From the NCBI GenBank assembly GCA_022616615.1, contig JAKEER010000295.1:9768-73767 (forward strand): DNA of 64,000 bases. The letters are read 5' to 3'. Positions 9,150 to 17,491 of the stretch are shown piece by piece. A model generated the notes under the pieces. The model ran no database searches. It was not told the origin of the DNA and saw only the letters and a list, made by a program, of their open reading frames with translations. The position numbers and the translations under genes were made by a program. Every line of letters starts with the position of its first letter. Position 1 is the stretch's first letter. The stretch is from Acidobacteriota bacterium. Lineage in GTDB: Bacteria > Acidobacteriota > Terriglobia > Versatilivoradales > Versatilivoraceae.

Positions 9150-9309
9150 CACCTCTGCAGCACTTCGAGCACCGGCGGCAGGACTTCATAATCGACTTCG
9201 ATCAAGTCGAGCGCCTCTTCGGCCAGATGTGAGCACGCTCTCTCCGCTGGTGCAGCAGAGCGACCGCCTCCTTCAAACTCTTGGGTGTGGCATAATCAAA
9301 GGCGCGCAA
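9150..9309 (-). pseudogene. Juxtaposed fragments of xanthine dehydrogenase/CO dehydrogenase family genes (FAD-subunit N-terminus plus a molybdopterin-subunit internal piece)
   Basis: The minus strand reads (TTG)RAFDYATPKSLKEAVALLHQ, like a CoxM/XdhB N-terminus. It then switches frame to AEEALDLIEVDYEVLPPVLEVLQ, like a CoxL/XdhA internal motif. Both pieces are far too short to be functional. Confidence 0.4.
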
Positions 9310-9578
9310 GAGGTTTCCTCACTTTCTTTTCGCTGTTTTTCGCTGTGTCTCGGAACAGTTCCAGCAGGATTTCTCCAGGCAGTTAGAATGAAATGGAGCG
9401 CTGGCGGCTGGCATCACAAGCGAAGCCCACGCGGCACGCAACGAGGATCACTGGGCGCTCCACAGGCCTGCAAAGGTACTCGGCCTCCCTCACTTCAGCC
9501 GCCGCCGGGGTCAGAAGGCCAGAAACTTGCTAGGTCGCTTGGCGCGATGAGATTCACAGTTCAGTCAAGTTCAGAAGA

Positions 9579-9653
9579 GTGGCAGCGGCATCCTGCCGCT
9601 GCCGGCCAGCGGCATCCTGCCGCTGCCGGCCAGCGGCTGGAAGCCGCTGCCAC
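9579..9653. repeat. Tandem 24-bp repeat (2.5 copies); each unit is a CAGCGGC/GCCGCTG hairpin, and the whole is bracketed by gtggcagcgg/ccgctgccac
   Basis: cagcggcatcctgccgctgccggc occurs at 9583-9606 and again at 9607-9630. A variant, cagcggctggaagccgctgcc, follows. Confidence 0.9.
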
Positions 9654-9820
9654 TTTAGCTGTCCTCGGCTGACCCAGCGGCCTGATCTCGCTGTAGCCCA
9701 GGAGTCAGCAAGGGCTGTACCTCGACACGATCACCTCGAGGGAGCCTTGCCTTTTTCCTAGACACTGTTGAATTGTTCATCTAAGATCTCGCCTGCTTTG
9801 CGCAGGAAGAAGTCAGCTTT

Positions 9821-9924
9821 CAGGTCTCGGGCTCCGTGCAATCTGAAACCGCAAACCCCGCCAGGTTCGGAAGAAAGCAACGGTAGTGGAGCTTCAGATG
9901 TGCCGCGGAATCACCCGGGGCCTG
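9821..9924 (+). ncRNA. ffs: Signal recognition particle RNA, small (4.5S) type
   Basis: GCCAGGUUCGGAAGAAAGCAACGG matches the conserved SRP domain IV (E. coli CAGGUCCGGAAGGAAGCAGCC), including the GGAA tetraloop. The closing helix caggtctcggg/cccggggcctg has 9 WC and 2 GU pairs, and there is an internal helix atctgaa/ttcagat. The position directly upstream of dnaX-ybaB-recR is a common synteny. Confidence 0.7.
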
Positions 9925-10046
9925 GCCAGATTTGGTGCTTATCGAAAAGAGCACTCTCTGAACAGACTGGGCAGGCCTTTTCTGGCGTCCGATCTCCTGA
10001 TCCTCGAAGAATCCGCATTTCCTGACCCGATTCCCAGCACATTGTC

Positions 10047-11693
10047 ATGAGCTATCAGGTGATTGCCCGCAAGTATCGTCCGCAGACCTTTGACGAGGTG
10101 GTGGGCCAGAATGCTGCGGCCCAGACGCTGCGCAACGCCATTCTGCAGAATCGCATCGCGCACGCGTATCTTTTCGCAGGCGCGCGCGGCGTCGGCAAGA
10201 CCTCCACGGCTCGCATCCTGGCCAAAGCGCTCAACTGTGCGCAAGGGACGACGGTGACGCCCTGCAACGAGTGCGCCTCCTGCGTCGAAATCACTGCCGG
10301 AAACTCGCTTGACGTCCTCGAGATCGATGCCGCTTCAAATCGCGGCATCGACGAGATCCGCGAGCTGCGAGAGAACGTGAAGTATGCCGCCGCGCGGGAC
10401 CGTTACAAGGTCTTCATCATCGACGAAGTGCACATGCTGACCACTGAGGCCTTCAATGCGCTGCTGAAGACGCTGGAAGAGCCACCCCCGCAGGTTGTGT
10501 TTATTCTAGCGACCACGGAGTTGCACAAGGTGCCGTCGACTATCTTGTCGCGCTGCCAGCATTTCAATTTCCGGGCCATCAGTTACCAGGAGGTTCTGGG
10601 GCAGTTGAAGAAGATCGCCGCTGAAGAGCGCATTCAGATCAGCGACGAAGCCCTGAATGCCATTGCCCGAGCCTCGGAAGGCAGCCTGCGGGATGCGCAA
10701 TCGCAGCTGGACCAAATCATCTCGTTCTGCGGTAGTGAAATTCGAGATGAGCAGGTTCGCGACCTGCTGGGGATTGTTCCCCAGCAGGTGCTGGACGATT
10801 TCACCGCAGCGCTCGTACAGCAGGATGCGCGGAAGGTTCTGGGGCTGGTCGATCATCTCGTGTCGAGCGGGCTGAACTTGCAACACTTTGTGCGAGAGAT
10901 GCTGGCGCACTTTAGAAACCTGCTGATGTTGAAGATTGCGGGCGAAGACCCGAAACTCATTCCGCTCGCGCCGGCAGAAATGAGCCGCGCCCGCGAGCTG
11001 GCGGCGCATTTTTCAGAAGAGGACCTGACGCGCTTTTTCAACATTCTGGTGTCGGCGGACGGAGAAATGCGCTGGTCGTCGCAGCCACGCTTTCATCTGG
11101 AGATGACGCTCACTCGAATTGTCCATGCGAAGCGGCTCGTCCCGATTGAAGAACTGATTGCTCAACTGGGCGGCGGGGGTCTGCCAGCGGCTGGAGATCC
11201 TCCGGCCAAAGGCTCTACGCAATTGCCTCAGGCTCCTGCAACTAGCCGTTTCACGGCGGCAGGGCCGGCCCGGTCCGTGTCTGAGACTATGTCTGCCTTA
11301 TCAGCGGCTACTGAGAGCAGTCTGGTCGAAGCGTTGAGCGCTGCCCTCGCCCAGCGTTCGCCGATGGTGTCTTCGCTGATGGAGCACGCGCGCGACATCC
11401 GGCAGACGGACGCGGGTCTTGAAATTGAGTTTGGAAAGCAAGACCGGTTTTCGCTTGACATGCTCCAGTCACCAGAAAACTTCAACTTGGTAAAGGAAGT
11501 GACAGATTCCATCGCTGGGAAGCCGCAAACTGTCAAGCTGCTGCTGGAGGCTGGCGCCGCAGGGGAAGCGATGCCTGTGCCTGCGCCGGACGAGAAAAGG
11601 GAGTTGCTGGAACGGGTGAAGGAAGATGCCGGTGTGAAAGCCTTTCTAGATACTTTTCATGCTGAGATCACGGATGTAAAGGATTTGAAGTAA
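10047..11693 (+). CDS. dnaX: DNA polymerase III subunit gamma/tau
   Basis: 548 aa. YRPQTFDEVVGQ, the Walker A GARGVGKTSTARILAK, the Zn module CNECASC, and DEVHML with SRCQHF are all present. Confidence 0.95.
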   Translation: MSYQVIARKYRPQTFDEVVGQNAAAQTLRNAILQNRIAHAYLFAGARGVGKTSTARILAKALNCAQGTTVTPCNECASCVEITAGNSLDVLEIDAASNRGIDEIRELRENVKYAAARDRYKVFIIDEVHMLTTEAFNALLKTLEEPPPQVVFILATTELHKVPSTILSRCQHFNFRAISYQEVLGQLKKIAAEERIQISDEALNAIARASEGSLRDAQSQLDQIISFCGSEIRDEQVRDLLGIVPQQVLDDFTAALVQQDARKVLGLVDHLVSSGLNLQHFVREMLAHFRNLLMLKIAGEDPKLIPLAPAEMSRARELAAHFSEEDLTRFFNILVSADGEMRWSSQPRFHLEMTLTRIVHAKRLVPIEELIAQLGGGGLPAAGDPPAKGSTQLPQAPATSRFTAAGPARSVSETMSALSAATESSLVEALSAALAQRSPMVSSLMEHARDIRQTDAGLEIEFGKQDRFSLDMLQSPENFNLVKEVTDSIAGKPQTVKLLLEAGAAGEAMPVPAPDEKRELLERVKEDAGVKAFLDTFHAEITDVKDLK

Positions 11694-11702
11694 GTCCTGG
11701 GG

Positions 11703-11719
11703 GCGGGCATCTTGCCCGC
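11703..11719 (+). terminator. Stem-loop just after the dnaX stop (possible terminator)
   Basis: gcgggca-tct-tgcccgc forms a 7-bp perfect stem followed by ttctt. The U-tract is weak. Confidence 0.35.
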
Positions 11720-11907
11720 TTCTTGCAGCCCTGAAGATTGGGCGTCTTTGTTCCGTTCCTCGGCTGAATAGGGGCGGGCGCTGTCACAGCCAGTATTGGG
11801 GTGATGCGACCGGAGGTTGCGAAAAGCTCCATTCGAGCAAGACGATTCCCGGATCATTCCTCAGACCACCCCTCGTGCCGCCACGCGACCGCCGTCGCTG
11901 CGCGGCA

Positions 11908-11933
11908 CTTCCCTCCTGATCTCAGGAGGGAAG
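11908..11933. repeat. Perfect 12-bp-arm palindrome cttccctcctga-tc-tcaggagggaag
   Basis: Read directly from the sequence. A related palindrome, cccctcctcatctgaggagggg, occurs at 58749-58770. Confidence 0.9.
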
Positions 11934-12020
11934 TCCGAAAAACGTCCAATCTGCAACGCAGTCTTCAGGCCTGCCGTTTCCTGGGGCCCTGCCGCCGGAT
12001 TGCGCGCGGGGACGCCCGCG

Positions 12021-12154
12021 CAGGGTCCCGTCAAAGTCGCAAGCCCTCCCTTACGGTCGGGCTACTGAACAGGCCAGAGCTCAAATCAGTAGCCCGCGCG
12101 TCAGCAAGGGCTCTGCTTCATCGCAGTGACTTACAGGACTTTGACGGGACCCTG
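12021..12154. repeat. 134-bp nested palindromic element in the dnaX/ybaB spacer
   Basis: The outer arms cagggtcccgtcaaagtc (12021-12038) and gactttgacgggaccctg (12137-12154) are 18 bp and perfect. The inner arms cgggctactga (12058-12068) and tcagtagcccg (12086-12096) are 11 bp and perfect. Confidence 0.9.
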
Positions 12155-12230
12155 GATGCCCGCGCTGCCGGCCTTCCCAATTCCGGGCTTTTGAGCTATC
12201 TTTAGAATCAAACTTCCAAGTGAGGGCCCC

Positions 12231-12533
12231 ATGAAAAACATGCAGCAAATTATGAAGCAGGCCCAGAAGATGCAGGAGCAGCTTCAGAAGCAAATGGCTG
12301 AAATGTCGGTGGAGGGCAGCGCCGGCGGGGGCATGGTGAGCGTGAAGCTCAACGGGCTGAAGCAGGTGCTAAGCGTCAAGATCGAACCGGACGCCGTCAC
12401 TTCCGGCGACGTGGAAATGCTGCAGGACCTGATCGTGGCTGCGTTTAACGAAGCTGCCCGCAAAGTGGATGATGAGCTTTCCGGGCAAATTGGCGGCCTC
12501 ACGGGAGGGCTGAAAATTCCGGGGTTGTTCTGA
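12231..12533 (+). CDS. ybaB: Nucleoid-associated protein YbaB/EbfC
   Basis: 100 aa. [20 protein letters not shown]...[11 protein letters not shown]...[16 protein letters not shown] is typical, and the gene lies between dnaX and recR. Confidence 0.9.
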   Translation: MKNMQQIMKQAQKMQEQLQKQMAEMSVEGSAGGGMVSVKLNGLKQVLSVKIEPDAVTSGDVEMLQDLIVAAFNEAARKVDDELSGQIGGLTGGLKIPGLF

Positions 12534-13138
12534 TGCGAGACTACGCGGGGCCGGTCGAGATCTTAATCGAGGAATTCAAGAAGCTGCCCGGTATTGGTTC
12601 GAAATCCGCTCAACGCCTGGCCTTCTTCGTGATCCGCACGCCGAAGAAAGAAGCGGAAAAGCTGGCCCACGCTATCCTCCAAGTGAAGGAGTCTATCCGC
12701 CACTGTTCGGTTTGCAACAACATGACGGACATAGATCCTTGCCGCTACTGTATGGATGCTTCCCGAGACCGCAGCATCCTTTGTGTTTTGGAAGAACCGC
12801 ACAACCTGCTCGCCATCGAAAGGACCCGCGAGTATCACGGCTTGTATCACGTCCTGCTGGGGGTGATCTCACCGCTTCAAGGAGTTGGGCCTGATCAGCT
12901 GCAGATTCCTGGCCTGATGCAGCGATTGAAACAGGGTGAGGTGAAGGAAGTGATCCTCGCCACCAACCCTAACATCGAAGGGGAAGCCACTGCTCTTTAT
13001 CTTTCCCGCCTCATCAAACCGCTCAACATCAAAGTGACTCGCATTGCCACTGGCGTGCCCGTTGGCGGCGACCTCGAATACGCCGATCACATTACCGTAT
13101 CTCGCGCTCTTGAAGGGCGCCGCGACTTTTCGGCCTGA
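12533..13138 (+). CDS. recR: Recombination protein RecR
   Basis: 201 aa. [14 protein letters not shown] (HhH), the C4 zinc finger [13 protein letters not shown], and a Toprim region are present. Confidence 0.95.
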   Translation: MRDYAGPVEILIEEFKKLPGIGSKSAQRLAFFVIRTPKKEAEKLAHAILQVKESIRHCSVCNNMTDIDPCRYCMDASRDRSILCVLEEPHNLLAIERTREYHGLYHVLLGVISPLQGVGPDQLQIPGLMQRLKQGEVKEVILATNPNIEGEATALYLSRLIKPLNIKVTRIATGVPVGGDLEYADHITVSRALEGRRDFSA

Positions 13139-13633
13139 TGCCACCTTCTCCCAAACCGTGCGACGGGCGCACCCTAACGGGCCGGAGCAGCAAGAGTCGT
13201 CGTGCTGAGCAGGCTCTCAGACAGCGAGGGGCAGATGCATTGGCTATCGAGAGAGTTCAAGGCGCCAGAGCAGGTCGCCGTGCTCGACGATCAATCGCAA
13301 ATGCCTTCAGAGCTGAGCAATCGGCAAATTAGTCCTTGACCCACTCGGGGCGGTTCTCTATGATTCCCCCACCCTGCGATGTTCGTGTTGGCACACCAAT
13401 ATTTGTACCAACACCTATTTGTAAGGGATCCCGTGTCGTTTCACGGTGTGCAAGCTTCACCATGTGAAGTTTCCTAAAGTGAAAGCTAGGGAGCCCACCT
13501 GGTTACCAGGTGCAAATAGAGTGCCTCACGGCAAAGCGGGGTTTTCGTGTTTCTGGCGCTGGCCTGGAAAACAGTGACAAGAGCGCGGCGAAGGACACCG
13601 CGTCCTACCCTTCGACCCTCACATGGAGCCATC

Positions 13634-14314
13634 ATGAATTCCGTACACTGGTTGTGTGGAATGGCCTTACTGGGAGCTTTCGTCTCTGGCAATTCTGTCT
13701 TGGCGGATGGGAAGTGGATTGTCTTGTTCGACGGCAAGTCAAAGGAGGCCTGGCGCGGATACCAGCGCCGGGATTTTCCAGACAAAGGCTGGGTGATCGA
13801 CCAGGGAGCATTCAAGACGGTCGTGGACGGCGAGCATGTAGATCTAGTCACGAAGCAGAAGTTTCGCAACTTTGAGCTTGAGCTGGAGTGGAAGGTTTCC
13901 CCAGGCGGCAATGGAGGCATTTTCTACCGCGCAAGTGAAGAGGACAAGGAAATCTGGCACAGCGCCCCAGAAATTCAAGTGCTGGACGACGACCGGCATC
14001 GGGATGGGAAGAATCCGAAAACCTCCGCAGGATCACTTTATGCTTTGGTCGCTCCAGTCGGCAAGAAGCTTCGACCCGTGGGCGACTTTAATCAGTTCCG
14101 GCTAGTGCTGCGGAGCAATCACGGAGAACACTGGGTTAACGGCCTGAAGATTGTCGAGTACGACCTAGGCAGCCCGAAGCTGAAAGAGCTGATTGCCGAG
14201 AGTAAGTTCAAGGACATGCCCAGCTTCGCACGGTTACCGGAAGGTCACATCGGAATTCAGCACCATGGACAGGAAGTTTGGTATCGAAACATTCGAGTTC
14301 GAGACCTGCCTTAG
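13634..14314 (+). CDS. Exported DUF1080 (3-keto-disaccharide hydrolase-like) domain protein
   Basis: Signal peptide MNSVHWLCGMALLGAFVSGNSVLA, then WIVLFDGKS...W.GY...GW....G.....DLVTK..F.NFELELEWK...GGNGGIFYR...H.G.VWYRNIRVRDL, the typical DUF1080 pattern. The start was moved to ATG 13634. Confidence 0.8.
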   Translation: MNSVHWLCGMALLGAFVSGNSVLADGKWIVLFDGKSKEAWRGYQRRDFPDKGWVIDQGAFKTVVDGEHVDLVTKQKFRNFELELEWKVSPGGNGGIFYRASEEDKEIWHSAPEIQVLDDDRHRDGKNPKTSAGSLYALVAPVGKKLRPVGDFNQFRLVLRSNHGEHWVNGLKIVEYDLGSPKLKELIAESKFKDMPSFARLPEGHIGIQHHGQEVWYRNIRVRDLP

Positions 14315-14530
14315 CTTGTTGCCCTTGCTCTGAGATCGCCCGCAGGAACATGGAGCTGCAGGCCTTCCAGATGATCTGGGTTCCAACACCCGTGGCCCTG
14401 CCGGTTTCTGATCCACCCCTTACAGCGTTGGATGCCTCTGAGACCTGATTGAGCCTGGCTACACTCCGTGGTTAAGAGGGATGCCGCGCATTCTTGCCTT
14501 GCACAGTGCGCATTCAGCTTCTACGAAATA

Positions 14531-14559
14531 TTGTAATTCCCTGAGTCGTGAATTATAAT
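14531..14559 (+). promoter_or_regulatory. Candidate sigma-70 promoter upstream of rny
   Basis: TTGTAA (14531-14536), a 17-nt spacer, then TATAAT (14554-14559), about 170 nt upstream of the rny ATG. Confidence 0.4.
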
Positions 14560-14728
14560 CCAGCCAAAGACGTAAACGTTTGACCTGTTTTGTCCTCGAG
14601 TCCAGTCTGGATCAAGGTTTCCAGCATGTTAACTTCAAGTTCTCTTTTTGTGGCATCCATGTTGGTCTTTGTCTGCGCTGGCGCCCGGTCAGAAAAGCGT
14701 CCGGGTCTGATACCATTTAGGAGACGCC

Positions 14729-16291
14729 ATGAATTCGGTCACATATTTTGCGTTGGCGGCGGCAGTTGGCTTGATTCTTGTTCTCACGATCATGCTCCTC
14801 AAGAACAAGCAGATTTTAAGTTCGCTGAAAACTGCGGACCAGACGGCTCAGAAGATCATAGGAGATTCAAAGCGAGAAGCCGAGACCATCAAAAGAGAAG
14901 CCCACTTAGAGGCCAAGGACAGAAGCCTCAATCTACGGGCAGAGGTTGAAAAGCAGACCAAGGATCGAAAACTGGAACTACACAGCCTGGAAAAGAGGCT
15001 GGGGCAGCGCGAGGAGTTGCTCGAGAAGAAGGAGCAAGCGCTGATCTTGAAGGAGAGAGAGCTGGGCCAGAAGGAGAAGCGCTTCGCTGAGAAGGAATAC
15101 GCCCTGGCCTTGGATGAAAAAAGGGTCAAGGAGCTAGTTCACGAGCAAAAGCGGCAGTTGGAAGTTGTTTCGGGAATGACTGCTGAGGAGGCCAAGCGGC
15201 AGTTCCTGAAGCAGGTCGAGACCGATGCGCGCCGCGACGCTGTGGCCATCACCCGTCGCATCGAAGAGGAAGCGCGGCAGACGGGCCAGGAGCAGGCAAA
15301 AGAAATCATCACGATGTGCATTCAGCGGTGCGCTGGAGAGCATGTTGTGGAATCGGCTGTGTCTGTCGTTGATCTCCCGGGCGATGAGATGAAGGGCCGC
15401 ATCATCGGCCGAGAGGGCCGAAACATCCGTGCCCTTGAAGTAGCCACCGGCTGCGACCTCATTATCGATGATACGCCGGAAGCGATCATCGTCTCCGGCT
15501 TCGACCCTATGCGCCGCGAGATCGCCAAGATGTCGATCGAGAAGCTGATTTCGGATGGGCGCATTCACCCGGCTCGAATCGAAGAGGTGGTAGAAAAGGT
15601 TAAGAAGGAACTCGACGAGAAAGTTGCCAAAGAGGGAGAGGCTGCGGCCCTGGAAGTCGGTGTGCACGACCTGCACCCGGAAATGATTCGGCTGCTGGGC
15701 CGGCTGAGGTATCGGACCAGCTACGGGCAGAATGTCTTGAACCATTCCAAGGAAGTTGCCTTTCTGGCTGGAATGATGGCTGCTGAAGTCCGAGCGGATG
15801 TAGCAGTGGCCAAACGTGCTGGATTGCTGCACGACGTTGGAAAAGCGATAGACCGGGAAGTGGAAGGGACGCATATTCAGCTTGGAGTTCAGGTTGCGCG
15901 CAAGTGCGGCGAACCGGAAGCCGTGATTCATGCCATGGAGGCGCATCATTTTGACGTGGAGTTCCGCACCCTGGAAGCACAACTCGTTCAGGCGGCCGAC
16001 GCTTTGTCTGCGGCACGTCCTGGCGCGCGACGTGAGATTCTTGAAACCTACGTGAAGCGCCTCGAAAAATTGGAAAACCTGGCCGACTCCTTCGAGGGGG
16101 TCTCCAAGTGTTACGCGCTTCAGGCGGGACGCGAACTGCGTATCATGGTGGAGAGCGACAAGGTCAGCGATGAACAGGCTTTCTGCCTAACGCGCAACAT
16201 TGCCCGCAAAATCGAGAATGAGCTGCAGTACCCAGGGCAAATCAAGGTGACTGTGATCCGCGAAATGCGTGTGGTGGATTACGCGCGGTAG
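14729..16291 (+). CDS. rny: Ribonuclease Y
   Basis: 520 aa with an N-terminal TM helix, a coiled coil, a KH domain (GRIIGREGRNIRALE) and an HD domain (LLHDVGKA). Confidence 0.95.
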   Translation: MNSVTYFALAAAVGLILVLTIMLLKNKQILSSLKTADQTAQKIIGDSKREAETIKREAHLEAKDRSLNLRAEVEKQTKDRKLELHSLEKRLGQREELLEKKEQALILKERELGQKEKRFAEKEYALALDEKRVKELVHEQKRQLEVVSGMTAEEAKRQFLKQVETDARRDAVAITRRIEEEARQTGQEQAKEIITMCIQRCAGEHVVESAVSVVDLPGDEMKGRIIGREGRNIRALEVATGCDLIIDDTPEAIIVSGFDPMRREIAKMSIEKLISDGRIHPARIEEVVEKVKKELDEKVAKEGEAAALEVGVHDLHPEMIRLLGRLRYRTSYGQNVLNHSKEVAFLAGMMAAEVRADVAVAKRAGLLHDVGKAIDREVEGTHIQLGVQVARKCGEPEAVIHAMEAHHFDVEFRTLEAQLVQAADALSAARPGARREILETYVKRLEKLENLADSFEGVSKCYALQAGRELRIMVESDKVSDEQAFCLTRNIARKIENELQYPGQIKVTVIREMRVVDYAR

Positions 16292-16593
16292 TCCCCCCGG
16301 GGCCGCCAATGGCCACGCAGCATTAGTGTGATCCTGGAGCTTCAGGGCCGCAGAGTCTGAAAGCGACACGCAACTCTGCGCGACAATCGTTCAGATACCA
16401 GCGATTCATCCTGGCACCCTTTCCAACGAGTCAAACAGCAAATAGGATGCACAGAACGCCGAGGACAAGCACCGGATTGATGAGGCCTTGACTCGCAGCT
16501 ATTGTTGTTTCGCGGCCAAGTGTTTCCAGTCTGGTTTGTCCTGAGGTCCGTGGCATCCTGTTTGTTTTTTTGTAGTAAGAAGCGGCGGAAACG

Positions 16594-17382
16594 ATGAAGA
16601 TTTTCTTTGTTGGCGACATCGTTGGGCGTCCGGGCCGGGCTGCCCTGAAGAATCACCTGGGTCATATCCTCGAAACGAGGGGCGTTGAATTGTGCATTGC
16701 CAACGCTGAGAACTCGGCGTCGGGCAACGGGATAACTCCCCGATTGGGAGAGGAACTGCTGGGCCTCAACATCGACGTGCTGACGTCGGGCAACCACATC
16801 TTTGATAAGAAGGAAGTGCTGCCCTATTTTGAGCAGGAGCCGCGTCTGCTGAGACCCGCCAACTATCCGCCCAGCGCTCCAGGAAGGGGATTGTTGGCGG
16901 GCCAGACACGCAGTGGGATTCCTTTTGCCGTGATCAACCTTCAGGGGCGCGTGTTTATGCCCGCGATTGACTGCCCCTTTCGAACTGGCGAGAATCTGCT
17001 CGCTTCGCTAGCCCCAGAAGTGAAGGTGATCTTTGTAGATTTCCACGCGGAGGCAACGGCCGAAAAGCAAGCGATGGGCTGGTATTTCGATGGCCGAATT
17101 TCTGCGATCGTGGGAACGCACACGCATGTCCCCACTGCTGATGAACAGATACTGCCCGGTGGAACTGCCTACATCTCCGATTCAGGCATGACAGGGCCGC
17201 ACGACTCGATCATCGGTGTCAGCAAGGAGATTATTCTGCCCAAATTCATCAGCCAGTTGCCTGCTCGGTTTGAGACCGCCACCGAGGATGTGCGCATCAA
17301 TGCCGTTGAAGTGGAGGTGAACCCGGAAACCGGGCGTGCGGTGAACATCGAACGGTTCTGTATGAGGGTTTATGATAGCTAG
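16594..17382 (+). CDS. ymdB: YmdB-family metallophosphoesterase (TIGR00282)
   Basis: 262 aa. MKIFFVGDIVGRPGR...NAENSASGNGIT...VDFHAEATAEK...GTHTHVPTAD. Pairing downstream of rny is conserved. Confidence 0.9.
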   Translation: MKIFFVGDIVGRPGRAALKNHLGHILETRGVELCIANAENSASGNGITPRLGEELLGLNIDVLTSGNHIFDKKEVLPYFEQEPRLLRPANYPPSAPGRGLLAGQTRSGIPFAVINLQGRVFMPAIDCPFRTGENLLASLAPEVKVIFVDFHAEATAEKQAMGWYFDGRISAIVGTHTHVPTADEQILPGGTAYISDSGMTGPHDSIIGVSKEIILPKFISQLPARFETATEDVRINAVEVEVNPETGRAVNIERFCMRVYDS

Positions 17383-17491
17383 TTTCTGGCGGGTCCGCCT
17401 AGTCGAGGCGCCAGCCGCGTGCCCAAGAGTTTCCTTGCCGCCCCTCGTGGAAACCGGGCTGCCTGAACTTGTGGGAAGTTGAGGATTCATC

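Noticed and set aside
8749-9672. The 307-aa ORF as a complete gene.
   Set aside because: Only the first ~125 codons resemble BrxL. The remainder is Ala/Arg/Pro/Ser-rich read-through that crosses gene fragments on the other strand and the 24-bp tandem repeat (PAAAGQRHPAAAGQR).
11915-11945. RNase P RNA, because of the GGAGGGAAGTCCG resemblance to the conserved GAGGAAAGUCCGGGC.
   Set aside because: The match is short, is part of a perfect local palindrome, and none of the other conserved RNase P regions (P4 3' strand, J11/12 etc.) could be found in the surrounding 400 nt.
13138-13546. ORF 13138-13332 and other short ORFs in the recR-DUF1080 spacer; the 62-aa minus ORF at 16431-16619 between rny and ymdB; the 85-aa ORF at 37878-38135.
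   Set aside because: I recognised no homology, the composition is biased, and RBS/start context is missing. They are left unannotated.
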